Notes: a model not told the origin generated them from the sequence alone. 60,384 nt of DNA from Gemmatimonadales bacterium (GCA_039794085.1 JBDIWC010000024.1:1-60384); one strand, 5' to 3'; shown: positions 43,832 through 54,970, counted from the stretch's first letter. A program made the numbers and translations.

Positions 43832-46423
43832 ATGATCCGACTCCTTCCGTTCACGATGCTCCTCGCCCTCGCCGCGTGCGCCGAGTTCGGGGCGCCACCC
43901 CTCCCGGACCCCGGCGTCTCCACGACCCTCGCCGCCGCGCGCCGCGCCGACCTCTCGGACATCGCCTACGACCTCCGGTTCACCATCCCCGACTCCGCCA
44001 GCACACCGGTCACCGGATCGGTCACGATCTCCTTCACCCGCGCGTCCGCCGAACAACCGCTGGTGCTCGACTTCCGGGCCCCCGCCGATCGGGTGCAGCG
44101 GGTGCGCGTCGATGGGGACAGTCTCCAGGCCACCATAGCCAACGGTCACATCATCGTTCCCGCGAGCCATGTCGGGACTGGGGCGCACACTGTCTCCATC
44201 GATTTCATCTCCACCAACGACGCGCTCAACCGGAACCCCGAGTTCCTCTACGCCCTCTTCGTGCCCGATCGCGCCTCCACCGCCTTCCCCGGTTTCGACC
44301 AACCCGACCTCAAGGCGCGGTACCGTCTCACACTCGACATCCCCGCCGCCTGGCAGGCGCTGGCCAACGGATCGGTCACGGCGGTCGATTCCACTTCTCC
44401 CGGCCGGCGCCTCCCCACCTTCCGAGAGACGGCCCCGATCAGCACCTATCTCTTCGCCTTTGCGGCCGGTCGGCTCACCAGCGACACCGCCACCCGGAAC
44501 GGCCGCCTCTTCACCATGTACCACCGGGAGACCGACACCGCCAAGGTGGCCCGCAACCGCGACGCCATCTTCGATCTCCACGCCGGAGCGCTCGCCTGGC
44601 TTGAGGAGTACACCGGCATCGCCTATCCCTTCGAGAAGTTCGACTTCTTTGCCGTTCCGTCGTTCCAGTTTGGCGGCATGGAGCACCCGGGAGCCGTCTG
44701 GTACCGCGCGGGAGGACTCCTCCTCGATGAGTCCGCCACCCGCAACCAGGAGTTGGGACGGGCCAGTGTCATCGCGCATGAAACCGCCCACATGTGGTTC
44801 GGCGACCTCGTCACGATGGAGTGGTTCAATGACGTCTGGATGAAGGAGGTGTTCGCCAACTTCATGGCCGCCAAGATCGTGCGACCCGCCTTTCCCGACG
44901 TGGACCACGACCTCCGCTTCTTCCTGGCCCACCACCCGACCGCCTACGGGGTGGACCGGACCCGGGGCGCCAACCCGATCCGGCAGGAGCTCGACAACCT
45001 GCGAAACGCTGGTTCGCTCTACGGTGCCGTCATCTACCAGAAAGCGCCGGTGGTGATGCGCCAGTTGGAGCAACTCATCGGCGACACCGCAATGCAAGTC
45101 GGGCTCCGGGAATACCTGCAAGAGCACCGCTTCGGGAACGCCACCTGGCCCGATCTCGTGGCCGTTCTTGATCGCCACACCACCTCCGACCTCACCGACT
45201 GGAGCCGGATCTGGGTGGAATCGCCCGGCCGGCCCCGGATCCGGGCCTCCTGGAACGACGGAATCCTTCGCGTCACCCAGGACGACCCCGACCGTGGGCG
45301 CGGGCTCCGGTGGATCGAACCGGTGGGAGTGCTGGTGGGAGACGGGGACTCCACCCGCCTGGTGGAGCTTCTCCTCCGCGACTCGTCGGCAGAGACCTCA
45401 CTCTCCCTTGCTGCGCCACCTCGCTTTCTCCTCCCCGGCGCCGACGGTGTGAGCTACGGGCGGATGCAGCTCGATTCCGCGAGCCGCGCGGCACTCCTCA
45501 CCTCCGCCGCGACGTTACCCACCCCGCTCTGGCGCGCCACCGCCTGGTCCGCGCTCTTCGAGAGCATGCTCGGCAACGAACTGGCACCCCGGTTTCTCGC
45601 CGACGCCTTGATCCGGTCCCTCCCCGCCGAACCCGACGACCTCGTCCTCCAGCAACTGCTCGGCCTGCTGGAAACCACCTACTGGCGCTTCCTCCCCCCC
45701 GGCGAGCGCCTCACCCTGGCACCTCGCATCGAGAGGACACTCCAGGCCTCCCTCCACGGCGCCGGAAGTGCGGGACGGAAGGGCACTTTCTGGAACTCCC
45801 TGGTCGACGTCACCCTGAGTGATTCAGGTCTCGCGTACCTGGAACGGGTGTGGCGTCATCGATCGCCGCCTCCGGGACTTCCCCTGTCGGAGTCGCAGTA
45901 CATCTCCCTCGCCGAGGCCCTGGCCCTCCGCACTCCCTCCCGCGGGGAAACCATCCTCACCACCCAGGAAGGGAGAATCACCAACCCCGACCGCCTGGCG
46001 CGCTTCCAGTTTGTGCGGCAGGCCCTGGTGCATGACGCCGCGGCGCAGGACGCCTTCATGGCCCGGCTGGCCCGGGTGGAGGAACGCCGGAGGGAACCGT
46101 GGGTGCTGAGCGCCGTCGGCTATCTCAACCATCCCCTGCGCGCCCCCGCCTCGGAACGGTTCCTTTACCCGAGCCTCGAACTGGTGGAGGAGATCCAGGC
46201 CACCGGCGACATCTTCTTCCCGCTCGGCTGGATGCAGGCCGTGATGGGAGGGCATCAGTCCGGCGAGGCCGCGGAGATCGTGGCCCGGTACCTGGCCGAG
46301 CATCCGCGCATGCCACCGCGCCTGCAGGGAAAGATGCTCCAGGCCGCCGACAATCTCTTCCGCGCCGCCCGGATCGTGGACCAATGGCGGGGCGGCCCTC
46401 CGCTCGAAGGGGACACCCCCTGA
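43832..46423 (+). CDS. pepN: M1-family aminopeptidase N (lipoprotein)
   Basis: LALAAC lipobox; FPGFDQPDLKA, GGMEH, HETAHMWFGDLVTMEWFNDVWMKE, YQKAP. Confidence 0.93.
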   Translation: MIRLLPFTMLLALAACAEFGAPPLPDPGVSTTLAAARRADLSDIAYDLRFTIPDSASTPVTGSVTISFTRASAEQPLVLDFRAPADRVQRVRVDGDSLQATIANGHIIVPASHVGTGAHTVSIDFISTNDALNRNPEFLYALFVPDRASTAFPGFDQPDLKARYRLTLDIPAAWQALANGSVTAVDSTSPGRRLPTFRETAPISTYLFAFAAGRLTSDTATRNGRLFTMYHRETDTAKVARNRDAIFDLHAGALAWLEEYTGIAYPFEKFDFFAVPSFQFGGMEHPGAVWYRAGGLLLDESATRNQELGRASVIAHETAHMWFGDLVTMEWFNDVWMKEVFANFMAAKIVRPAFPDVDHDLRFFLAHHPTAYGVDRTRGANPIRQELDNLRNAGSLYGAVIYQKAPVVMRQLEQLIGDTAMQVGLREYLQEHRFGNATWPDLVAVLDRHTTSDLTDWSRIWVESPGRPRIRASWNDGILRVTQDDPDRGRGLRWIEPVGVLVGDGDSTRLVELLLRDSSAETSLSLAAPPRFLLPGADGVSYGRMQLDSASRAALLTSAATLPTPLWRATAWSALFESMLGNELAPRFLADALIRSLPAEPDDLVLQQLLGLLETTYWRFLPPGERLTLAPRIERTLQASLHGAGSAGRKGTFWNSLVDVTLSDSGLAYLERVWRHRSPPPGLPLSESQYISLAEALALRTPSRGETILTTQEGRITNPDRLARFQFVRQALVHDAAAQDAFMARLARVEERRREPWVLSAVGYLNHPLRAPASERFLYPSLELVEEIQATGDIFFPLGWMQAVMGGHQSGEAAEIVARYLAEHPRMPPRLQGKMLQAADNLFRAARIVDQWRGGPPLEGDTP

Positions 46424-46523
46424 TCGTGCTGGACCTTCGGCGCCCACGGGGATAGGATCCGAGGATACCCCGCGGCCGTCGCACCCGTCTCACCCCAACG
46501 ATCGTTCCTTCGAGGAGCACATC

Positions 46524-47828
46524 ATGTCCGTTCTTTGTCCCCCCGCCAGGTCCGTGATGGGCGCTGCCGTTGTTCTCCTCGCCCTGGCCGGAGCCCGGCC
46601 CGCGATGGCGCAGGGCGCCGAATATCGCTCTGTGGTGCCCGCAACGGCCCGCTCGGACGACGGCCTCTTCACGGTGCATCACGTGGGGACCACGCTGCTC
46701 TTCGAGATCCCCGACTCATTGCTCGGGCGTGAGATGATCATCATGAGCCGCTTTGCCAAGGCGCAGGACGGCCTCGCGGACGGCGGCGCCAACATGTCTC
46801 CCAACATCGTTGTCCGGTGGGAACGACGGGACGATCGGATCATCCTGCGCGGGGTGTCCCACGACGAGGGTGCCGATGAGGGGTCCAGCCTCGCCCTCGC
46901 CGTGGCCAACTCCAACTTTGCCCCGGTGCTCCACGCTCTCCCCATCAAGGCCCGGGGCACCGGCAGCTCCGTGGTGGACGTCACCGATCTCTACCTCGGC
47001 GACACCCCCACCTTCTCGCTCCCCCGGGCGCGACGCACCCAGCTCCAGATCCGTTCCCACGATCGAAACCGCACCTGGCTCGAATGGGCCCGGAGTTTCC
47101 CGATCAACCTCGAAGTCCGCGTGGTGCGGACCTATGCCTCGGATCAACCTCCGTCCACGGGCCGCGGGGGATCGGTCTCCTTCGAGGTGAATCACTCGAT
47201 GATCCTCCTCCCCGCGACACCGATGATGCCGCGGCTCGCCGACGAGCGGGTCACCTATATCTCTTCCCAGCGCACCAACTACTCGAGTCCGTTCCAGGGC
47301 GTCCGGCCCGAGGAGTACATCCGGCGCTACCGGCTGGAACCCTCCGACACCGCCGCCTTCCTGCGGGGTGAGCTGGTGGAGCCGGTGAAGCCGTGGGTCT
47401 GGTACATCGATCCCGCCACCCCCCCCGAGTGGATTCCCTACTTCGAGGCCGGGGTGCTCGAGTGGAACGCCGCGTTTGAACTCGCAGGGTTCAAGAACGC
47501 CATGCAGGTCCGGGTGGCGCCCACCGAGGAGGAGGACCCCGAGTTCTCGCTGCTCGATGCCCGGTACTCCGTCATCCGGTACGTGGCGTCGACGGTGCGG
47601 TCCGCCAACTCGAGCGGAGATGTGATCGATCCGCGCTCCGGCGAGGCGCTCCGGGCCCACACCAACATGTACCACGGGCTGATGGAGCGGCTCCGCTGGT
47701 GGCTCGTGTCGCAGGTGGCGGCGCGGGCTCCCTGCCGTCCGGGATGCTGCACCCCGACGCGAATGCGCCCCGGATCGGATCGATGCAGCAGCCCGACCCA
47801 GACGCCCGCCGAGCTGATCTTCTTGTAG
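46524..47828 (+). pseudogene. 3'-truncated DUF5117/DUF5118 zinc-dependent metalloprotease
   Basis: FEIPDSLLGRE, HSMILLP..PMMPRLADERV, LVEPVKP..WYIDPATP, DPRSGE; plausible homology stops at ~47720, before any HExxH. Confidence 0.75.
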
Positions 47829-48136
47829 TTCCAGACGGTTTCGGGCAGGTCGGGGTTGGTGGCCCACACGTTGAAGAGGAACCGGATGCGCTGCCCCACC
47901 AGCGGCGCCCGGGCCGCATGCAGCGTCTGCATCGCCTCGTCGGCCCGGACGTCGTTCCCGGTGGCCTTGGCCTCGGCCAGTTGCCTGACCAGGCCTCCCC
48001 ACCAGATCGCCGCTCGATCGCGGTTGTTCGGATCGAAATCGGACGGGGCCGCGTTTCCTCCTCCGCTGTCGCCGCCGCAGCCCGCCATCAGCAGCGAGGC
48101 CGATACGACGCATGCGATCAGTCGATGCACCCGCAT
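47720..48136 (-). pseudogene. Hypothetical lipoprotein, apparently 3'-truncated and reading on into the antisense of the neighbour
   Basis: AGGAG RBS, MRVHRLIACVVSASLLMAGC lipobox; ORF continues to 47438 over the opposite-strand gene. Confidence 0.5.
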
Positions 48137-48161
48137 TGTGTCTCTCCTGTCCAGGGTCGGC

Positions 48162-48842
48162 TTACGACTGGGGGCAGAACCGCATGTCCACCGAGGAATT
48201 TCCGCGGCCATCCCAGATGCAGCGCCCGTCGCTGTGGAAGGTGAAGAGGCGCCGTTCACCGCGGGTCTCCGGTCCGGCGCCCGTCAGGCGGATCTCCTTT
48301 CCCCGCACCTCCCAGGTCCAGCGCCGGGCGCCGCCCTGGCTGTACGTCGTGACCGTGCCGTCGTCGGAGAACTCCCAGCGCCGATCGGCGGCCGCGGCGG
48401 CCAGTCGCCTCTCGCTCGCCGGGACGTCGCCCAACTGGGGCACATAGGTTCCGGAGAGGGACGGCCCGCCTCCCTTGCTTTTTCCTGCCCCATCGGACGC
48501 CGTTCCTCCCGCGGAGACGAGGCGCTGACACAGGGGAGCGAGTCGTTCCGTCTCCTGCAGTGCCCCCAGGAGCACGGAGTCGCCGAATGCGCTCATCGCC
48601 ACCATCCCCTTCGCCTGGTCGCCATCGGCGGCGGCGTAGGATTCCACGTAGGTGGCCATGGCCGCCAGGCCCTCCTCATCGAGGATGGTCGCGAGGGAAT
48701 CGGCGAGGCAGGCACACTGCGCCCGGTTCTCTCCCTCGCTGGCGCACGCCTCGGTGATCCGGGCGACATGCTTCGAGCCGCCTCCCCCACAAGCACCGAG
48801 AAGAACAACGGCAGAACAGGTCAGGAGGGCGCCGAGACGCAT
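48162..48842 (-). CDS. Hypothetical lipoprotein
   Basis: GGAG RBS, MRLGALLTCSAVVLLGAC; C..CACLAD motif. Confidence 0.65.
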   Translation of the reverse strand: MRLGALLTCSAVVLLGACGGGGSKHVARITEACASEGENRAQCACLADSLATILDEEGLAAMATYVESYAAADGDQAKGMVAMSAFGDSVLLGALQETERLAPLCQRLVSAGGTASDGAGKSKGGGPSLSGTYVPQLGDVPASERRLAAAAADRRWEFSDDGTVTTYSQGGARRWTWEVRGKEIRLTGAGPETRGERRLFTFHSDGRCIWDGRGNSSVDMRFCPQS

Positions 48843-49862
48843 GAGGTATCTCCGAGATAGGGGAACGCGCGAGGCACATCTCCGGACCTGAGCCAGCGAA
48901 ACGTGCCGGGTTTCTCCTCCCTCTTGCGCAAAGAAGGGCGTTGACCTGTCATTCCCGGGAATCACAGGTTCGGAACAGTGATGCTTCGCCATTGCTTCCG
49001 ACCACGCGAGATCTTCACGGGCACCGCCCGGGATCTCGCGGATTATCTGGAGAACGTGGACATCTCCACCCCCGACTCCCTGACCATCCACCGCGTGGGC
49101 GTGGTCCATCCGCTGGATGAGTCGCGGGTGATCTCCTGTTCCAAGGGAGCGTTTTTCCAGCGGGTCCGGGAGACCCAGGAGCAGAGGAAGGAGCCGGGAA
49201 CCCCGATCGACCTTCGACCGACGGAGGACAGGGTATGACCCACTCCTCCCCGCCGGTCGGCCCGCTGTTACCGGCTCGGCAGCCGGGCCACCACAAGAAC
49301 CACAAGAGGGATTTGTTGCTTGGGGGGTGGAAGGGCCCCATCCAACCGATGCCCACCGTCCGAGACTGGGAGCGTGTCGTGGATACCGTCAACCCTCTGT
49401 GCCCTCAGCGCTCTCTGTGGTTTACACGAGGTTGGCTCCACGCCTCGCGCACCGAGATCGGCCGAACCACAGGAACCACGAAAGACACGAAAGGCACGAA
49501 AGGGTCCGTCGGGCCTTGTGATGCGGGAGGGGGGTGGGGGGGGGAACCACAGATGACGCAGAGGACACCGAGCCGCTTCCCCCCTGCCGACTCGACTCGG
49601 GACGGGCTGGGCAGGATTCCATCTGCGTCATCGGTGTCATCTGCTGTTTCTCAAAGCCTGAAGAGCCTTCAATTCAATCGAATTGTATTGAATTGTATTG
49701 AATTGAATCGTGGGGGAGATCCATTCTCTGACGTATGGACGTATTATCAGAGCGACAATCTCAGGCTCACCGTTTTCGACCCCTTGGCCGGCTGGCGTCT
49801 CCCCCGGCTCCAGGACAGGACACCGCGCCATCATCCTCATTCTTCCGGGGAGGAAGTTCATC

Positions 49863-50342
49863 ATGATCCGCAAGCGCTATCGAGTCCAGGTTGATTTTGA
49901 TGTGATGATCCATGAACCCACGCCTGAACGGTGCGCCGCCGTTTTCGAGAGGTTCTGGGCCGGCCAGGCCAGGCTCGGTCTCGTCCCCTTCCCGGAAAGC
50001 AGGCCCGACGGCCCCAGCCAGGATGCCATCGACTCCACGCAGGCCCTGATGGCCGAAATCATGAAGGATCCCGCCCTGCTCGACTCCTGGATCTGCAAGG
50101 GCATCCTGTTGTACGCGGAGGATGCGGTTGCCGGGGCAAACCAAGCGTCCGAACGGGATCGGGAGATTCTGCATCCCGCCGTGGAGCGGTTGCCCCCCCG
50201 GGCCCGCCACTGGTGGCGCGAGGCGTTCAACGCGGGTGATGCGGATGATGACGCGATGGTGGAGAGGGTAGAATACCTCTTCGACACGGTGAGTTTCCAC
50301 ACTCGCCGTCCCACGGTGTTCGAGGTGGACTTGGGGGAGTAA
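49863..50342 (+). CDS. Hypothetical protein
   Basis: GGAGG RBS, globular acidic composition, AT-rich upstream region. Confidence 0.55.
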   Translation: MIRKRYRVQVDFDVMIHEPTPERCAAVFERFWAGQARLGLVPFPESRPDGPSQDAIDSTQALMAEIMKDPALLDSWICKGILLYAEDAVAGANQASERDREILHPAVERLPPRARHWWREAFNAGDADDDAMVERVEYLFDTVSFHTRRPTVFEVDLGE

Positions 50343-50346
50343 GCCG

Positions 50347-50769
50347 ATGAGGTCGGCGATAGCCCGCTGGTGCCTGTGGGCGACACTGGTTGGCTCGGCA
50401 GGGTCGCTGCGAGCTCAAGGCGGAGACACGGTCCGGATTCGAGTCGTGGACTCGGAAGGGGCACCCGTCCCCCAGGCCGTTGTCGCTCTCTGGCAGGGAA
50501 GCCGAGAGCGGGCAACGGGACTGACCAGCGGCAGCGGACGAGTTGGCCTGATGCTCACGGCGGCTCCGTCCGGACTGCGCACGATCGTGGTTCGGGCGGT
50601 CGGCTTCGACCCTGCCAGCCGACTGCTACCGAGGAGCGAGGCGGAGATCGTTTTCCGGCTGGAACGCCGAATCGCCTCGGATCGTATCACCATACTGCCA
50701 GGGATTACTGCTCACGGAACAGCCCCGGATGCGGCGATCTTCAGGGGAATAGAGTTTCGCGATCCATAG
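50347..50769 (+). CDS. Signal peptide + carboxypeptidase-regulatory-like domain, probably a truncated larger protein
   Basis: RVVDSEGAPVPQAVV...T..SG...VRAVGF.P pattern. Confidence 0.55.
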   Translation: MRSAIARWCLWATLVGSAGSLRAQGGDTVRIRVVDSEGAPVPQAVVALWQGSRERATGLTSGSGRVGLMLTAAPSGLRTIVVRAVGFDPASRLLPRSEAEIVFRLERRIASDRITILPGITAHGTAPDAAIFRGIEFRDP

Positions 50770-51124
50770 CTGTATGGGAAACTCTGATCAATTGACGGAC
50801 AGCCAATGCCCGTCATTCCCGCGTCCGCGGGAATCCATTTTCGGCTCGGCAGCCCTCTGTGAGCGCCCGGGGCTCGCAAAGGACAGATGCTCACGCGGAG
50901 GCGCGGAGCAGGAAAAGAGTCAACCACGAAAGGCACGAAAGGATACGAACGGGGGTGAGGGGGGGAGGGGGGCCCTCTTTCGTGTCTTTTCGTGTATTTC
51001 GCGGTTTCTGTTACTCACCGAAGCAGCACGGGATCTCCCGAAGAGTTCTCCCAGTGGGTCCGGTGTTCGGCCGACGGAGCAGGATGAGGTGTGACCCCTC
51101 CCCGCTCCGCCGGCCGGACGGCCC

Positions 51125-51649
51125 TTACCGGGTGAGAACCGAGAAGCCGATCTGCACGAAGGCGGTCGAGGCCTTCTGCACGTCATCCGATTCGAACCCC
51201 TGCCGGAATCCTCCCTCGAGACGAACCGCGAACCGGTTCTTGACCGGCAGCTTGACGCCGAGTGCTCCCCCGACCGAAAACTGCGACGCCGTCTCGCCCC
51301 CTCCGGTGATGAGGTTCACCCCGGCGAGCGGCCGAAAGTACCCCTGCGGGCGCTCCCGGTCCCGGCTGAAGTGCACCAGCACGCCGAGTTCCGCCCCCAC
51401 CGTGTTCAGGGCACTCGCACCCTCGAGCTTGAGCAGGTTCCACGAGAAGCGCGGCTCGACGGACACCAGATCGCTGGCGAAGAACCCGGCCCGAAAGCTC
51501 TGCACCGGGACCGTGGCGGCGAACAACGTGGGCGAGTTGGCCTTGTAGCTGAACCCGGCGTCCAGGCCAAGCTCGACCGGTTTCTGACCCACGACGACCG
51601 GCGTGCCGGCCAGGGTCAGGGCGAGGAGACAACACACGATGCGATGCAT
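51125..51649 (-). CDS. Outer-membrane beta-barrel protein
   Basis: Signal peptide, alternating amphipathic strands (FSVGGALGVKLPV...AVRLEGGF...QIGFSV); AGGAGG RBS. Confidence 0.75.
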   Translation of the reverse strand: MHRIVCCLLALTLAGTPVVVGQKPVELGLDAGFSYKANSPTLFAATVPVQSFRAGFFASDLVSVEPRFSWNLLKLEGASALNTVGAELGVLVHFSRDRERPQGYFRPLAGVNLITGGGETASQFSVGGALGVKLPVKNRFAVRLEGGFRQGFESDDVQKASTAFVQIGFSVLTR

Positions 51650-51882
51650 GACACCCTCCTTGGGTTTGAGTGACGGCAATCCCTCCTGTCTCCGCCAGGC
51701 ACATCGCCGGGGAACGAGGGCGGAGCCAACCTCGACCGGGTACGTCAAGAAGTTGTCAAGAGGAGTCTGGCAGCGGACACCGGCGGAGCGTACCTTCTCC
51801 TCCTCGGGGGACGTCGAGCCCCGCCCCCGACGAGGGTGACCCCGCGGGACGAAACGGCGCGGCAACGATTGGAGGTGTTTCC

Positions 51883-53799
51883 ATGCCACACGGTGCGGTG
51901 ATCGACCTGCGGGTGCTCGGACCGGTCCATGTCCTGGTGGAGGGAGCCCCGGCGCCCTCCGAGCTCCTCTGGAAGAAGCACCTCGCCCTCCTGGTCTATC
52001 TGGCCATGGCCGAGCGTCCGGTGTCGCGGGAACATCTGGTGGGGCTGCTCTGGGCGGACAAGCCCGACGCCGCGGCACGGCACTCCCTCAACGAGGCCCT
52101 CCGGGTCCTCCGGCGCGTCACCGGCGCCGAGAGCATCGTCGGCACCGGGGGCCAACTCACCATGACCGCCGGGACCGTGACACTCGACACGACCCGGCTT
52201 GTCGAGGCGGAGACGGCAGGCCGCTGGGAGGAGGCGGCCGGTCTCGTCGTGGGGCCGTTTCTGGAGGGATTCGGAGTTCCCGATTCCTCTGGATTCGAGG
52301 ATTGGCTGGCGGCCGAACGGGCCCGGTGGTCCCATCGAGCCGCGACCGCTCTGACGCACCATGCCCAGGACCTCTACCGGGCGGGGCGCCTGACGGAAGC
52401 GATCGAGGTCGGCACCCGCGCCCTGCACGTTTCCCCCCACGCTGATGCCGCGCTCGGGATCGTCATGCGATCCCTCGCCGTGTCGGGGAACCGCGCCGCG
52501 GCGATCGAGCTGCACGACCGCCACTCCTCCGCCATGCGCGAGTTCCTCGGCACATCCCCCGGTCGCGACATCGAGACCCTCGTCGCCCGCATCCAGGCGG
52601 ATCATCTGGCCCACCCCGCACCCGTCTCCGTGACGGATTCACCTCTTGCGCTTCCGCTGGTGGGACGGACAGGGGTGCTGGAACGCCTGTCCACCGTTGG
52701 AGCCCGCATCGCTCGGGAAGCACAATGCGGAATCGGGATTGTTCTGGGAGACGAGGGCTGCGGAAAGACCAGGCTCCTCGCCGAGGTCACCAGCCGACTC
52801 CGGCTCGACGGCTGGACCGTTCTCGAAACCTCGGCGGTGCCCGGCGACCAGGCCGGGGCCTGGGGGACCTTTCTCGCCCTGGCCCGGCAGGCCGCGACCA
52901 TCCCGGGGGTCGGCGGAGCCCACCCCGAGGCGATTCGGACCTTTGTCGAACGATTCGACGTCTGGTCCGAGCACTATCGCGGGATTGGCACCGGATCCAG
53001 CATGGCCATCGAGCCGGCCCTCCGCGATGTGCTCTCCGCCTCCCTGGAGGAGAGTCCGATGGTGGTGGTGCTGGACGACGCGCACTGGATGGACCACGAG
53101 TCGCTCCGGGCCATCTCCCTCTGGTTCCGGGAGTTCACCGGCCGACCCTTGTTGTGCCTCCTCTCCGCCACCACCTCTCTCGTCACCGAGGACATCGACT
53201 ATCTCCGGTCACGGGTGGGGCGTGACATGGAGGGTGAGGTCGTCACGTTGGGCCCCTTGTCCTCGGCCGACCTCGGTGAACTGGTGCGGACCCAGCTGCC
53301 GGACTGGAGTCCCGTCGAGGTCGAACGGCTGGTGCGGCGCCTCGCCACCGACTCGGCCGGCATTCCCCTGTTGGCCACTCTCCTCCTGTCGGCTGTGACG
53401 GAGGGGCTGCAGCCGGAGGGGGGCGCCTGGCCCGCCCCGATGCAGACACTGGACCAGTCCCTTCCCGTGGACCTCCCCGATGGTGTCGTGGCCGCTCTCC
53501 GGGTCCGGTTTCACCGGCTCGAGGCCGACTCTCGGACCCTGCTCGGAATTCTCAGTGTCATCGAAGGCCGTCTGGAGGAATCCGAGGCGGCGGCCCTCAC
53601 CGAATGGCCCCTCGATCGGGTCCACTCCACCTTTGACTCGCTGGAACGATCCCGCTGGATCACGGGCGACACCCGCGGATATGCCATCGCCGGGCGTATC
53701 GTCCGGGAGGTCATTGGCCGGGACATGGTGACGCCGGGTCAGCGCCGACGCATCCTGGCCCGTCGCTCACCGGAAGCCCCCTCCCCCCCTGCGGGGTGA
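51883..53799 (+). CDS. SARP/BTAD transcriptional regulator with AAA ATPase domain
   Basis: LRVLGP...LALLVYLA...SREHLVGLLW...ARHSLNEAL; FEDWLAAER; Walker A GDEGCGKT; Walker B LDDAHWMD. Confidence 0.88.
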   Translation: MPHGAVIDLRVLGPVHVLVEGAPAPSELLWKKHLALLVYLAMAERPVSREHLVGLLWADKPDAAARHSLNEALRVLRRVTGAESIVGTGGQLTMTAGTVTLDTTRLVEAETAGRWEEAAGLVVGPFLEGFGVPDSSGFEDWLAAERARWSHRAATALTHHAQDLYRAGRLTEAIEVGTRALHVSPHADAALGIVMRSLAVSGNRAAAIELHDRHSSAMREFLGTSPGRDIETLVARIQADHLAHPAPVSVTDSPLALPLVGRTGVLERLSTVGARIAREAQCGIGIVLGDEGCGKTRLLAEVTSRLRLDGWTVLETSAVPGDQAGAWGTFLALARQAATIPGVGGAHPEAIRTFVERFDVWSEHYRGIGTGSSMAIEPALRDVLSASLEESPMVVVLDDAHWMDHESLRAISLWFREFTGRPLLCLLSATTSLVTEDIDYLRSRVGRDMEGEVVTLGPLSSADLGELVRTQLPDWSPVEVERLVRRLATDSAGIPLLATLLLSAVTEGLQPEGGAWPAPMQTLDQSLPVDLPDGVVAALRVRFHRLEADSRTLLGILSVIEGRLEESEAAALTEWPLDRVHSTFDSLERSRWITGDTRGYAIAGRIVREVIGRDMVTPGQRRRILARRSPEAPSPPAG

Positions 53800-53845
53800 G
53801 TGCCCCGACTCACGGGAGGGAGGGGGTCTCCAGAGAACGAGTCCG

Positions 53846-54970
53846 TCATGGACGGGCGGTCCCTGAGGGGCGCGGAGTCAACAGGGTGGCCACCACGCCG
53901 GCATGATCCGAGGACCACCGGGGGCCGGATGCCGGCAGCTGTTCCTGCGGTCCCAATCCGACCAGGTCGATCTGTCCCTGCACGCCGGCCTGCGGCTGGC
54001 CGAGGACTCCGCGGCTGAAGACGTAGTCGAGGCGCATGGTCATGTCGGCCTGGGGGTTGGAGAGATCGGCCGCGTGACAACAGGTGTTGCCGGTCACGCC
54101 GGGGCGCAACGACGTCCACACATCCTGAAACCCGATCTCCCGCAACGTCTGGTGCATCGGCGAGTCGGGGACATCGTTCAGGTCTCCCAGAAGAATCACC
54201 CGCGGGGCATTCTGGGTGGCCGCGATGATTTCCAGTGCCTGGACCGTCCGCAGGAACTCCAGTTCACCCCCGGGGCCGGATTCCAGGTGAGTGCTGACAA
54301 CGGTGTACGTCGAGCCATCCACCACGGCCTCCAGTGAGACCCATCCGCGGAACAGGTCGACTCCCGGGACCACGGTGCCGAGATTCAGGTCGAACCTCTT
54401 GCCCTGCACCGATCCCGGGGTGACGGTCACTCGGCTCCGGTCCACCAGCATGACATCGTGATCGACGAGGCGAATGCCGGGAAGCGGCATCGCAGTGATG
54501 TTCTGCACCGTGGCGGCCGCGTCGTAGGTCAGGCCTCGACTCGCCAGTTCGTCCAGCAGCACCGGCAGGAAGGAGATCTGGACGTCGATCGGCAGCCCGA
54601 GCTCGGTCAGGTCGATGTCGATGTCGGAGACTTCCTGCAGGCCGACCAGGTGGGGACGGGTGCGTTGGATCTCGTCGGCGATGGCGGCGGCGCGGGCGGG
54701 GAAGTCGGTCTGCTCCAGAACGGCGATGGCGCCGGTGAGGGTCGGCAGGTCGTCGTCCGGGTCGGGTGACGCGAGTGCCGCGATGACGGCATCAACATCG
54801 GCGCCGATGTACATGTTCCGGGACATCACCGTGACGGACGATGCCTGGGGTTCGGTCACGGTGGGTCCCTCGGGCTGGGTGGGCTGGTCGGGCCGACTGG
54901 GGTCCGCGACATCGATGTCGCAGGCCGACAGGGTGGCCGCGAGGGTGAGCAGGGAGATGAGAGATCGCAT
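53846..54970 (-). CDS. Endonuclease/exonuclease/phosphatase family lipoprotein
   Basis: LSAC lipobox; MSRN, GLQEV, STHLE, GDLN, RLDYVF, SDHAGV. Confidence 0.9.
   Translation of the reverse strand: MRSLISLLTLAATLSACDIDVADPSRPDQPTQPEGPTVTEPQASSVTVMSRNMYIGADVDAVIAALASPDPDDDLPTLTGAIAVLEQTDFPARAAAIADEIQRTRPHLVGLQEVSDIDIDLTELGLPIDVQISFLPVLLDELASRGLTYDAAATVQNITAMPLPGIRLVDHDVMLVDRSRVTVTPGSVQGKRFDLNLGTVVPGVDLFRGWVSLEAVVDGSTYTVVSTHLESGPGGELEFLRTVQALEIIAATQNAPRVILLGDLNDVPDSPMHQTLREIGFQDVWTSLRPGVTGNTCCHAADLSNPQADMTMRLDYVFSRGVLGQPQAGVQGQIDLVGLGPQEQLPASGPRWSSDHAGVVATLLTPRPSGTARP

Noticed and set aside
48978..49238. 86-aa ORF
   Set aside because: Plausible coding composition but no recognisable family or clear start; may be a gene fragment.
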